Shown here: positions 19,703 to 28,630 of the stretch, piece after piece
How the letters are laid out: each line of letters begins with the position of its first letter
How positions within the stretch are numbered: position 1 is the first letter of the stretch
Sequence record: NC_048792.1
DNA length: 64,000 bases
Direction: 5' to 3' (one strand)
Program-made: the position numbers and the translations under genes
The notes under the pieces: model-generated
The model's database searches: none
Seen by the model: the letters and a program-made list of their open reading frames with translations, nothing else
What the model was told of the DNA's origin: nothing

Positions 19703-20091
19703 TGAAGAAGTTGATCATTGGCGTTGTTGCGTTGATGCTGGCAGTTTCGTTCAGTATCTCGTTTAGCTACGCAAAAGATCCGGTCGTGTTCCGTGAAGGT
19801 TATATCTTCGAAGCCATATTCACGGGCGACGTAGTCCACGTTAAAACTTTTGACTCCGGGGTTAATTGTACTTACGATAGTCGGGTTGATAACGTAGACG
19901 AGTTCGAAGGTAAATACTACACGATGCGGTACAGTTGCTGGATCATTCCTGCCAAGTACTTTAACAGCGTTCATCTGACTTACTACTACGACTCGGACAC
20001 CTTTAATCTGATCTATCGGAGAAATTCGAAAGGAGAGATCATTTACGAAGGGATTTGGGCCGCTAAGGATGTGCTCGATGTACGCCAGTAA
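19702..20091 (+). CDS. secreted protein, C-x22-C family member
   Basis: Signal peptide MKKLIIGVVALMLAV...SYA; CTYDSRVDNVDEFEGKYYTMRYSC. Confidence 0.8.
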   Translation: MKKLIIGVVALMLAVSFSISFSYAKDPVVFREGYIFEAIFTGDVVHVKTFDSGVNCTYDSRVDNVDEFEGKYYTMRYSCWIIPAKYFNSVHLTYYYDSDTFNLIYRRNSKGEIIYEGIWAAKDVLDVRQ

Positions 20092-20464
20092 AGCTCTCCT
20101 TGATCTGGAGGGGATACAGGTGCTACAGGTTGACAAGGAAGTCAATCTCCGTACGCTAGTGAGCTATTACCCCGTACCTGACGCTCGGGATATTCTCCGC
20201 GCAATAGGTCACCCTTGGGTGGAAATAAAGAGCGACTATCGATCTATCTTCTACTGTACGCTACGCAAAGGCACAGACCAGAAGCGGTCGTTCATGGATT
20301 CGGCTAAGGTGAATAGTTTCTTGAGCAAAGCCAAAGCCGAGGGTAAAGGCGCATTACTCATCGTACGCGGTTCACTGGTCTATTCAGAGGCCAAGGAAGG
20401 CGTTAAGCGTAAGGTGCGAGTCTACCGCAATCAACTGGGAAATATAACGGAAGTACTATTGTGA
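20078..20464 (+). CDS. hypothetical basic protein
   Basis: Overlapping start; alternative ATG at 20069. Confidence 0.65.
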   Translation: MYASKALLDLEGIQVLQVDKEVNLRTLVSYYPVPDARDILRAIGHPWVEIKSDYRSIFYCTLRKGTDQKRSFMDSAKVNSFLSKAKAEGKGALLIVRGSLVYSEAKEGVKRKVRVYRNQLGNITEVLL

Positions 20465-20733
20465 TGAAACCTTCAAGTAAGAGTATTATCATTTCGTGGG
20501 TGGTGGCGATCATGTATATCCTTTACATCGTTGCCCTGATGGTATCGCCATTGCATTGGCTGCCGTGGATCATCGCTGTTCGAGTGATTCCTTTTATTGG
20601 TATTTGGCTCTACGATCGTTACAAGGGAAATAAAGCCCACGGGTTCTTCTCGTACGTGCTTATGCCGCAAGGTATACTGTCCATAGCGATCTTAAACTTC
20701 AAACAGGATGTCAAGTACGTCTTTGGCAAATAA
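20461..20733 (+). CDS. small multi-pass membrane protein
   Basis: About three hydrophobic segments. Confidence 0.7.
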   Translation: MMKPSSKSIIISWVVAIMYILYIVALMVSPLHWLPWIIAVRVIPFIGIWLYDRYKGNKAHGFFSYVLMPQGILSIAILNFKQDVKYVFGK

Positions 20734-20744
20734 ACACAGAGAAG

Positions 20745-20772
20745 CTCTCCTAGGGATCATTCCCTAGGAGAG
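20745..20772. terminator. perfect 12-bp hairpin upstream of duplicated promoter
   Basis: CTCTCCTAGGGA-tcat-TCCCTAGGAGAG. Confidence 0.65.
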
Positions 20773-20776
20773 TCCT

Positions 20777-20815
20777 ATTATATCCATTTCCAATTTTTTT
20801 GGTGTCTATATAACC
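20777..20815 (+). repeat. 39-bp exact repeat, copy 1 (contains class II promoter)
   Basis: ATTATATCCATTTCCAATTTTTTTGGTGTCTATATAACC, identical at 40959..40997. Confidence 0.9.
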
Positions 20816-20873
20816 AGCGCGAAGGTCTATAGTAAAACCTTCTTTTCAAACGTTACAATAAAGGATTATAAAG

Positions 20874-21392
20874 ATGTTAAGTTCCCTGAAGAAGTGGGCA
20901 AAGACCGTCGTCTTTAACTACCGGGCAGATAAAGCCTGGGGTTCGGATGATGAAACTAAAATGGAGTATCTCGCTGCTATTAGAGCAATGGATTTTTGGA
21001 AGTTCAGAGAGATGCGTTTTTTCACAAAGATGGCCACCGAGGACTTTGTTAGGGTACATAATCTTACCGATCCTTTAAAGATAGCTGATGGATCAATGTT
21101 GGTCCATCGCTTACTCTCCAAGTCGACATTCAGTGCGGCGCTTAAGGTGCTCGGTATACTCTCCATATACTACACCTTCCCGGTAGAAGGGGCTGTTCTT
21201 GGTACGTGTGCATTATTAGCTCACATACGCTTCTTGTACGTAAGAGAGCTGAGATACTTAACTATCAAGATAATCCTGGAAACTGAACATAAAGAGTTGG
21301 ACGGTTGCACCCGTCCAACTCTGGCTACGTGTCTTAAATCATACGTGGTTCGGATTAAACCAATTATAAAAAGGAGGTTAGGACTTAACTAA
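20874..21392 (+). CDS. hydrophobic-hairpin protein, EHKExxGC paralogue 1
   Basis: AAGGA RBS; EHKELDGC motif shared with 41201..41815. Confidence 0.75.
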   Translation: MLSSLKKWAKTVVFNYRADKAWGSDDETKMEYLAAIRAMDFWKFREMRFFTKMATEDFVRVHNLTDPLKIADGSMLVHRLLSKSTFSAALKVLGILSIYYTFPVEGAVLGTCALLAHIRFLYVRELRYLTIKIILETEHKELDGCTRPTLATCLKSYVVRIKPIIKRRLGLN

Positions 21393-21487
21393 CTCCGCTA
21401 ACCGGGTCAGGTTATGATCCCTGGCTCGGTTACATACTAATTTAAAATACGTAAAAAATTACTTACTTACTTAAAAAGGAAACTATA

Positions 21488-21808
21488 ATGAAAACAATCA
21501 TTACCGTACTAACTACTGTTCTTATTGCAACTGTACCTTTCCTTCCTAAAGCGGAAGCAAGCAACGTCTACCATACCGACAAAGGTGTTACATTCACCAT
21601 TGATGGTAAGTTAGCAGAAATCGAACAAAACGGTAAAGTCACCAAGTGTGCTTTGGTAATCAGTAAAGATGCCACCTCTGCCTGGAAATGCAGCAACGGC
21701 AAGCAGCTCTGGATTCGTAACAAGCCGGAAAGTGAACTGATCACGTTCGCTATCTTCGATCTGAAAGATGACTACCCGGACTTCATTGATTCGGTTCTGA
21801 AGAAATAA
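21488..21808 (+). CDS. secreted protein, short variant of the Cys-pair family
   Basis: Signal peptide ending AEA; KC-x13-C with W two residues before the second Cys. Confidence 0.75.
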   Translation: MKTIITVLTTVLIATVPFLPKAEASNVYHTDKGVTFTIDGKLAEIEQNGKVTKCALVISKDATSAWKCSNGKQLWIRNKPESELITFAIFDLKDDYPDFIDSVLKK

Positions 21809-21882
21809 CCAAAATTACGGAGGGGTTATCCCCTCCTCTAATAACTAAATACAAACACTTTAAACTTAAAAAGGAAATAACA

Positions 21883-22335
21883 ATGAACCCGATCCAACAC
21901 CTCAAAAAATTCGTTAAGTCAGACGTAGAAGGTCATGCTTTCATCGCGCTATCTGATTCACCTTTCCAGACCGCAATTGTAAAATGCATTCTTGGGAACG
22001 AATTCGGTGAAGCGTTTGAATTGGCCAAGGCTAATAAAAACACGTTCAAATTCTTCGAAATAAAAGAACAGAAATATGCCGTAGTGGTGGCCAACGAATA
22101 CGACTTCGGTACCTACCTGGACTTACCTGACCAGGTGGAACAGGAAACCGAACTGGGAACTCGCGTAGTCGTCTTTGGTGAGTATGCCAAAGGCGAAATA
22201 CTTGGTAACTTGTTAATCGTCGCTGGGGCTTCCTGGTACGGTTTTACAGCGCCATGGAAGCATCACAACGATGCTCTCCATTATGTCACTTCCAGATATG
22301 CCGGTTGTGAAATGGCTCAGTGCAAAATTGCTTAA
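21883..22335 (+). CDS. hypothetical cytoplasmic protein
   Basis: AAGGA RBS; flanked by hairpins. Confidence 0.75.
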   Translation: MNPIQHLKKFVKSDVEGHAFIALSDSPFQTAIVKCILGNEFGEAFELAKANKNTFKFFEIKEQKYAVVVANEYDFGTYLDLPDQVEQETELGTRVVVFGEYAKGEILGNLLIVAGASWYGFTAPWKHHNDALHYVTSRYAGCEMAQCKIA

Positions 22336-22404
22336 CAAACTTTGCTAGGGGACATGTTCCCCTAGTTTATTTTCACTTGTCTCAAACTTAATTAGGAAAA
22401 CCAA

Positions 22405-22764
22405 ATGAAACTCATCCACGCTATCTTCGCTATCGCTCTTCTGACTTTTGCTGGTTCTGCTTACGCTAACAACTATCGTCTGTACGATGACTACAACAAT
22501 GAGATTACTCTTCGCGGTAACATGCTGAAAATTAAGAACGATGCACACGGCGGCGTTACTCGTTGTACCTTCAACGAAAACATCACGGGTAAAGAAAGTG
22601 ATGGTACAACTTACCGTGGTGCTAACTACCTTTGTGGTGGTAAGATGTGGGCTACCTTCACCACTAACCAAGAACGTCACACTGTAGAGGTTAGCGTCTT
22701 CCTGTACAAAGATACTCTCTACACCAAAGAACTGCCGCTGGCTTCTCTTGAACTCATCGACTAA
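22405..22764 (+). CDS. secreted protein, C-x22-C family member
   Basis: Signal peptide ending AYA; RCTFNENITGKESDGTTYRGANYLC. Confidence 0.85.
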   Translation: MKLIHAIFAIALLTFAGSAYANNYRLYDDYNNEITLRGNMLKIKNDAHGGVTRCTFNENITGKESDGTTYRGANYLCGGKMWATFTTNQERHTVEVSVFLYKDTLYTKELPLASLELID

Positions 22765-22782
22765 TTATTAGGGAACATTACC

Positions 22783-23139
22783 ATGAAAAAGATTTTCTTA
22801 GCTCTGCTGATCTCTCTCGTTTCTTTCTCCGCTTTCGCTGACTCCACATACGTGATCGGTCGTGAAGGTCATCGGATCGTATTTAACAAAACTGACTTTA
22901 GTTTTCAGGTAGCAGGTACTAGTACTGTCATCCGTTGTAATTTCAGCGAAACAATCGACGGGATAACTGACGGCGGTAACGTCTATACCGCTAAGACTTA
23001 CGACTGCCCTAATAATAGCTGGGCTGCGGCTAAGTACATGGTGGACTCAGGCGAGCTTTATATCACCATCTACAAACGCGGCCAGAAAGAGTCTCTCTTT
23101 AACGAGATGTTCACTAGCAAACAAATCAAACACTTTTAA
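22783..23139 (+). CDS. secreted protein, C-x22-C family member
   Basis: Signal peptide ending AFA; RCNFSETIDGITDGGNVYTAKTYDC. Confidence 0.85.
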   Translation: MKKIFLALLISLVSFSAFADSTYVIGREGHRIVFNKTDFSFQVAGTSTVIRCNFSETIDGITDGGNVYTAKTYDCPNNSWAAAKYMVDSGELYITIYKRGQKESLFNEMFTSKQIKHF

Positions 23140-23157
23140 TCAATAAGGCAATTTGAC

Positions 23158-23499
23158 ATGAACCGTTTTATCATCGTATTACTGGCTTTGATTTCTTTTA
23201 GCGCATATGCTGACACCACGACCCTTAGTGAGGGAACTGACTTTAATGCCGTGATCGGTGATAAAACCTCAGTCGTTAATTACGACGACCAGACCCTGTA
23301 TTGTGAATTAGAGAAGACCAGCCGGGAACTCGATTCAGAATACGGAAAGTATCAACTGAAACTCTATAGTTGTGGCGCCAACATCATGTTCGCCCACAAG
23401 ACTTACGACAACCAACCTTTCACGCAAGCTATCATCGGTGACAAGGCAACCAATGTAGTTTACTACAGCAACTACTTCAATAAGGAAACAACTAAATGA
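23158..23499 (+). CDS. secreted protein, C-x22-C family member
   Basis: Signal peptide ending AYA; YCELEKTSRELDSEYGKYQLKLYSC. Confidence 0.85.
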   Translation: MNRFIIVLLALISFSAYADTTTLSEGTDFNAVIGDKTSVVNYDDQTLYCELEKTSRELDSEYGKYQLKLYSCGANIMFAHKTYDNQPFTQAIIGDKATNVVYYSNYFNKETTK

Positions 23500-23861
23500 A
23501 ATTCGTTATCGCGTTATTCGTAGCCGTACTGTCCCTGGCATCTTTCTCTGCCAATGCAAGTCTGATCCACATGAGCGACGCACCTGACTACGATTTCGTA
23601 GTGGGCGACACTACTGCTCGGGTCAAAAACCTGCAAACCAATAAAACCTCTCGCTGTACGCTGATGTACAACGACAACGGTATCGATAAAGATAACCTTG
23701 TCTACGTCGTTAGCTTCTTCCAATGTGATGCAGGCTTCGAGCTGATGGCCAAGATCACAACCGAGAACGGCAACATCATCGTAGCCATGATCCGTAACGG
23801 TGCCAATAAAGAGTTCTATCGCAAGTACGCTCCTAAAGGTACTTGGGTAGTCATGAACTAA
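23496..23861 (+). CDS. secreted protein, C-x22-C family member
   Basis: Signal peptide ending ANA; RCTLMYNDNGIDKDNLVYVVSFFQC. Confidence 0.85.
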   Translation: MKFVIALFVAVLSLASFSANASLIHMSDAPDYDFVVGDTTARVKNLQTNKTSRCTLMYNDNGIDKDNLVYVVSFFQCDAGFELMAKITTENGNIIVAMIRNGANKEFYRKYAPKGTWVVMN

Positions 23862-23980
23862 ATCGATCCCTCTACCTATCCGGGTAGGGGGATTATTTTA
23901 CGCATTACTCTTTTATTTTTTATGAACGCGAAACGTTTCTGAACTCCCCCGTTTCAGAAACCTCTTAATCTCCCGCTAAG

Positions 23981-24766
23981 GTGGTACAGATGGGTCGTCA
24001 AAAAGCCGCGACAGTTAAACGTCGCGATGTTCGTAAAGCAAAAAGACAAAACAACCGTGGCATCGATAATCTGGTAGAGTTCCCAACTGCCGGTAGTCAC
24101 GACGTTATCGGCATGGCTAAAGAGAAGCGCGATACAAGCCCTCTGGAGCCACGTAACGATAACCAAGCGCAATACCTTAACGCTTTAGAACTAAGCAACA
24201 TCGTCGTGTCTACGGGCTCCGCTGGTGCAGGTAAGACCTTTATCTGCGCTGCCTGGGCAGCTGATCGTCTTCTGGCAAAAGAGACTGATCGGATTATCGT
24301 AACACGTCCGGTGTTGACTGCTGAAGAAGATCTGGGTTTCTTGCCCGGTGACATCTCCGAAAAATTCCGCCCGTTCTTCCGTCCAGTTTACGACGTGTTG
24401 CGTAAACGCCTGGGTAATAGCTTCCTCGAGTATTGCCTGAAACCGATGATCGAGAAAGTCGAGATTGCACCTTTCGCTTACATGCGTGGTCGTACGTTCG
24501 ATGATGCGGTTGTCATTCTGGACGAAGCTCAGAACGTTACTGTCAACCAGATGCGTCTCTTCATTACGCGTATCGGCATGAACTCCACTGTAATTATCAA
24601 TGGCGACATTGAGCAGTGCGATCTGCCAAACAAAAACGATTCAGGTCTGCTTGATCTGATTCGTCGTATTGAAGAACGGGATATTGACATTCCCGTAATC
24701 AAGTTCGTTAAGGATGACTGCGTGCGTTCACCGATCTGTCAGCTGGGTCTGGAGATTTATTCGTAA
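23981..24766 (+). CDS. phoH: PhoH family ATPase
   Basis: GSAGAGKT, IIVTRP, LGFLPGD, AYMRGRT, ILDEAQN; start could be ATG 23990 (MGRQKA). Confidence 0.97.
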   Translation: MVQMGRQKAATVKRRDVRKAKRQNNRGIDNLVEFPTAGSHDVIGMAKEKRDTSPLEPRNDNQAQYLNALELSNIVVSTGSAGAGKTFICAAWAADRLLAKETDRIIVTRPVLTAEEDLGFLPGDISEKFRPFFRPVYDVLRKRLGNSFLEYCLKPMIEKVEIAPFAYMRGRTFDDAVVILDEAQNVTVNQMRLFITRIGMNSTVIINGDIEQCDLPNKNDSGLLDLIRRIEERDIDIPVIKFVKDDCVRSPICQLGLEIYS

Positions 24767-24817
24767 TCATTGGGTAGAGGGCTTCGGCTCTCTACCTTAT
24801 TCGAATTCTTTTCAGAA

Positions 24818-24834
24818 CTATATCACTTATTTGA
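24818..24834 (+). promoter_or_regulatory. phiKZ-type early promoter (class I)
   Basis: CTATATCAC-ttat-TTGA. Confidence 0.7.
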
Positions 24835-24870
24835 ATGAACATTTAATAAAACATATTGGAGTTTTTAAAG

Positions 24871-24987
24871 ATGGGTGATTTCTTGGACTTTATCATGGGT
24901 GCTATTCTTTGTTCTGCTGCTGCGGGGGAATTGGACGAAGAAGAGGAAGAGCTGGAAGTTGGAGAAGTAGAGGATGAAGACGATTAA
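24871..24987 (+). CDS. 38-aa acidic peptide (not in ORF track)
   Basis: MGDFLDFIMGAILCSAAAGELDEEEEELEVGEVEDEDD; GGAG upstream, promoter before, hairpin after. Confidence 0.7.
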   Translation: MGDFLDFIMGAILCSAAAGELDEEEEELEVGEVEDEDD

Positions 24988-25027
24988 GTTCGTTCTTCGG
25001 CAGGGGTAGTTCCCTGCCCTCTATTTT

Positions 25028-25339
25028 TTGTTTTGTCTAATAAGGAGATTCGTTGTGCCCCGTTTACTTACGTTGATTGTTCCGATTTATGCTGCTGCAC
25101 TTACTTATATTTTCTCAGTGATCTACAAAGACCTCAGTGAAGATACACTCATGGTTATTACTACGCTGGGTTTCTCCGGAGTAGTCGTTTGCATTATGCT
25201 TTATAGCTACGGTATCTTCCGTAGTACGAATCGCCTCAAGGCGTGGCTGGAGAAAGGGTACTTGGATTACCTGTCGATGATCCCAAGTATTTCATTCGCC
25301 GTTTCATTAACGATCCTTTTCTACATCATGGACATTTAA
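25028..25339 (+). CDS. multi-pass membrane protein (start uncertain)
   Basis: Three hydrophobic segments; true start probably slightly downstream. Confidence 0.6.
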   Translation: MFCLIRRFVVPRLLTLIVPIYAAALTYIFSVIYKDLSEDTLMVITTLGFSGVVVCIMLYSYGIFRSTNRLKAWLEKGYLDYLSMIPSISFAVSLTILFYIMDI

Positions 25340-25340
25340 A

Positions 25341-25670
25341 ATGATAGAGTATATTCGTTCTGAGAATTTCCTGTCTGGCTTTTACTTCGTTCTCTTCGTG
25401 GTGTCAACCTTCACGTTCATCGGGATTCGTCACTCTGAAGTCATTGGTCAGTTGACTAGAGCGACGACTTGGGTGTTGGTCGCAGCTGGTCTTATGACTA
25501 TCTTTGGTTTTGTGGTTATCGCACCTATTACTAAAGACTGGAGTCATCTCGGCTTCCTGCCCTTCACTTCGTTCCTCGGTTACGTTGTAGCCAGGATCAC
25601 TACGTCGATGGAGAACGAGAGAGTCGATAACAAGTCTAAACGACGGAGCATTCACCATGCTAAAGACTGA
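25341..25670 (+). CDS. multi-pass membrane protein
   Basis: Three hydrophobic segments. Confidence 0.7.
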   Translation: MIEYIRSENFLSGFYFVLFVVSTFTFIGIRHSEVIGQLTRATTWVLVAAGLMTIFGFVVIAPITKDWSHLGFLPFTSFLGYVVARITTSMENERVDNKSKRRSIHHAKD

Positions 25671-25956
25671 CCAAAAATACCCGCGTCGTGGCGGGGCGGT
25701 AGAGAACTTAATCTACCTCGTGCAATTCGTGGTGGTTGTCTTTGGGTACTTCCAGTTCTTGGTTGAGCCTGAAGACATTTACAACCAACTGGTCTTTATT
25801 TTCATTTCGTCGATTATCATTGAGAATCTGGCAGTACTGTGGATTCTCCGTGCTAAGATCGTTACCTCGGTCACTAATGCAGTTATCTGGTGTGCATTGG
25901 GATCGGTACTGGGTTGCGTTATTACAGCCTGGTACTTTGAGGTATTCACGCTTTAA
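25657..25956 (+). CDS. multi-pass membrane protein
   Basis: Three hydrophobic segments. Confidence 0.7.
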   Translation: MLKTDQKYPRRGGAVENLIYLVQFVVVVFGYFQFLVEPEDIYNQLVFIFISSIIIENLAVLWILRAKIVTSVTNAVIWCALGSVLGCVITAWYFEVFTL

Positions 25957-25968
25957 AGGAATCGCTAG

Positions 25969-26550
25969 ATGTCAAATCTTTACTTCTACTACGCTTCCAT
26001 GAACTCAGGGAAATCGACCACGCTTATTCAGTCGGCTTACAACTACCGTGAACGCCGTATGCGTCCTCTGGTAATGAAGCCTGCAATCGATACGCGTGAC
26101 TCTGAGCAAGAAGTCGTCAGTCGAATCGGCCTTCACGTTGAAGCTGTCATCATCCGTGAAGAGATGGATCTTCCGAGCTATATCCGTAACGACATTTTGT
26201 TAAACGGAAAGCTGGATTGTATCCTGGTTGATGAGGCTCAATTCCTCACCGCTGCTCAAGTAAGTCAGTTAGCCTTCATTGTAGACGCTATGGATATCCC
26301 AGTGCTCTGCTATGGGCTGCGTAACGACTTCCGTGGTGAAGCGTTCCCTGGTTCTGCTCGGTTGTTAGCAATGGCTGACAAGTTGGTAGAAATCAAATCG
26401 ATCTGTTGGTGCGGTTCTAAATCTACTCATGTTCTCCGTTTGGATGGCGAGGGTAAGGTTCTGCGTTCCGGGCCACAGGTTCAGATTGGGGGTAACGATA
26501 GCTACGTAGCTGTCTGCCGTAAACATTGGCGGGAGGGGAAATATGAGTAG
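25969..26550 (+). CDS. tdk: thymidine kinase
   Basis: LYFYYASMNSGKST, ILVDEAQFL, YGLRNDF, Zn motifs CWCG and VCRKH. Confidence 0.97.
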   Translation: MSNLYFYYASMNSGKSTTLIQSAYNYRERRMRPLVMKPAIDTRDSEQEVVSRIGLHVEAVIIREEMDLPSYIRNDILLNGKLDCILVDEAQFLTAAQVSQLAFIVDAMDIPVLCYGLRNDFRGEAFPGSARLLAMADKLVEIKSICWCGSKSTHVLRLDGEGKVLRSGPQVQIGGNDSYVAVCRKHWREGKYE

Positions 26551-26791
26551 TGCGTGTAAAGTTGCCATTGCCGTTACACTGGCATGTTTGACGGTGTTAA
26601 CTTTGGCACTCGCCGTTCCTAACTTTCACGATGTCGTTCCTTTCTGGATCGCACCTATCGCTTCGATCGTTTCTTTCATTGTAGCGGTCGGACTCTTCGT
26701 TAGTAAATACCGCGAGGCCAAATGGGCTATTATCGTCCAGTACGTTTCGCTGTACGTCTATATCGTGTCAGTTATCTGTATCAGTAACTAA
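26543..26791 (+). CDS. small membrane protein
   Basis: Three hydrophobic segments. Confidence 0.7.
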   Translation: MSSACKVAIAVTLACLTVLTLALAVPNFHDVVPFWIAPIASIVSFIVAVGLFVSKYREAKWAIIVQYVSLYVYIVSVICISN

Positions 26792-26889
26792 GCGTAGGGA
26801 GGGGTTAATTCCTCTCCCTTATTTTTAACCTAAAGGGAACGTATTATGAATAATGCGCATTTCTCCTGGCCTGATGAGTGGTACTGTTA

Positions 26890-27330
26890 ATGTCTGAACA
26901 TTCGCGCGTAGTTAACGAAGATGGCACCATTACTATCTTCGTAAGTAAGTTAGGTGTCCCGTCTAAAATCGACGGACGGATCTATAACGCTTCGGAAGAA
27001 GTAATCGATAAGTTCACTAAGGACAACATCGGTAAAGTCGTAGGTACGTTTGGGCACCCGGACATGACCGGCTTTGTCGACGTCGCCGATTACTTCAAAC
27101 GACTCGAAGCAAAAGATCTGTTTAACAGCATCGGGATCTTGGTAGACGCCAACCTTAAGGTAGACGAGCCGTATCTCGTAATCGAACCGAGCAAGCGCCT
27201 CAAAAAGATGGTTGACGATAACGTACCATTTGGGCTGGGTATACGCGCTATTGTGATCGCGCATTCTCTTGAGTCGAACAATGTTCTGACTATTGAAAAA
27301 CTCATCGGCTACGATGTCGTCACTAAGTAA
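26890..27330 (+). CDS. head-protease-fold paralogue (gp21/gp175-like)
   Basis: VVGTFGHPD...FGLGIR...LIGYDVV; the position of the catalytic Ser appears to be Gly. Confidence 0.55.
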   Translation: MSEHSRVVNEDGTITIFVSKLGVPSKIDGRIYNASEEVIDKFTKDNIGKVVGTFGHPDMTGFVDVADYFKRLEAKDLFNSIGILVDANLKVDEPYLVIEPSKRLKKMVDDNVPFGLGIRAIVIAHSLESNNVLTIEKLIGYDVVTK

Positions 27331-27380
27331 CTAAAAACATGAGGGCTTCGGCCCTCTATTATTTTTGTCAGGAGATCACC

Positions 27381-27932
27381 ATGGCTAACAAAACGAGAGA
27401 ACAGCTGCTCGAAGAATTGAAAGTAGCAATTAACGCAAACGTCCAACATTGCTCCCGCATCGCAAAAACAAAAGAAGAAGCGGCCGTCATGGTCGCCGGG
27501 TCTATCCTCCGTATTCTGGACGGGGTAACTTCTTCTTTCCCTCACGCAGTTAACCTGGTGGCTAACGCGAACACGAAAGAGGATAAAGATTATCTTCGCT
27601 CAACTAACCGTGATTGGCTGAGTGAGGACACCGACTTTACTCCGATGGATTATATCTATAAAACGATAACGATCGATTACCAGCCTGCAGATTTCTTCCC
27701 GTCTTTAGTTAAGCGCTATAAAGACATGGCTATGTCGCTTAATCTGGAAGACCCTACTATGACAGGTAGTCATTTGGTCTGGATGTTAGAAGAGCTGGCT
27801 TCTAATGAGGATCAGTCCGATACCAAGAAACATCGTTGGTTAGGTTACATCCAGGGCATCCTTATTGCGCACGGCGTAACTACCGTCGATAAAGAACGTA
27901 ACTTTACTCGGAGGATCTTCAATGGTGCGTAA
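27381..27932 (+). CDS. conserved phage protein (HLxWM...HRWLG.+QG type C-terminus)
   Basis: AGGAG RBS; HLVWML...KHRWLGYIQGIL. Confidence 0.75.
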   Translation: MANKTREQLLEELKVAINANVQHCSRIAKTKEEAAVMVAGSILRILDGVTSSFPHAVNLVANANTKEDKDYLRSTNRDWLSEDTDFTPMDYIYKTITIDYQPADFFPSLVKRYKDMAMSLNLEDPTMTGSHLVWMLEELASNEDQSDTKKHRWLGYIQGILIAHGVTTVDKERNFTRRIFNGA

Positions 27933-28047
27933 GGTTTGGGAACGTCGATTAGAGATCATTATCGTTTTGGTCTTTGTTGTTTGTATCCCAGCCGCAGTGG
28001 TTGCGGCATTGATGTTCCTTCTGGAAATGAACGGTAGCCTTAAATGA
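27922..28047 (+). CDS. 41-aa single-TM peptide (not in ORF track)
   Basis: MVRKVWERRLEIIIVLVFVVCIPAAVVAALMFLLEMNGSLK; GGAGG RBS; coupled. Confidence 0.6.
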   Translation: MVRKVWERRLEIIIVLVFVVCIPAAVVAALMFLLEMNGSLK

Positions 28048-28169
28048 ATTCTAAAGAAAACTTCATTTCGTGGATTAACTCGATAGTAACCGCTGCGGTA
28101 ATTGCGCTGCCGGTACTAATCTCGATGATCTTACTCCTTTACTTTTCTACTGGTGGGGAAGTCTACTGA
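28044..28169 (+). CDS. 41-aa single-TM peptide (not in ORF track)
   Basis: MNSKENFISWINSIVTAAVIALPVLISMILLLYFSTGGEVY; ATGA and TGATG coupling. Confidence 0.6.
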   Translation: MNSKENFISWINSIVTAAVIALPVLISMILLLYFSTGGEVY

Positions 28170-28630
28170 TGTTCCTTGAAACGTATCGTGATATGTGGAG
28201 ATCCTTCTATACTCGCTACCGTTACGAAGGGGCAAAAGGAAAGGTCTTTAAATTCGCCGTATCTGAAGACGTGGCCGATACCTTAGATAAACGCATGGCG
28301 GTAATATTCCTAAAAGAGCCTGGGCAAGAACCTAAGCTCCTTTGGGTCTATTACAACGAACCCATTTACCCTACAGTTTTCATCAGAGCACTGAAGGCTG
28401 CAGGCGTTATTAAAGAGGGTATCGGTTACGAACACGGGTGCGCTGCTAATCTCAGTGTGTCTAGACACTCTCGTAGCGATGTCTGGCAGATCTACACGGG
28501 TTCGCGGCCATTGTTGAAAGTAGGGTTGTTTAGCTCTACGTTCTACGCCAAAGCTATCGATCATGTCGGCTTCTTGGTAAATGACCATAAAGCCTTTCTC
28601 AAATTCTGTACTAATAAGGGTCTAAAATGA
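28169..28630 (+). CDS. hypothetical protein
   Basis: Coupled start. Confidence 0.7.
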   Translation: MFLETYRDMWRSFYTRYRYEGAKGKVFKFAVSEDVADTLDKRMAVIFLKEPGQEPKLLWVYYNEPIYPTVFIRALKAAGVIKEGIGYEHGCAANLSVSRHSRSDVWQIYTGSRPLLKVGLFSSTFYAKAIDHVGFLVNDHKAFLKFCTNKGLK

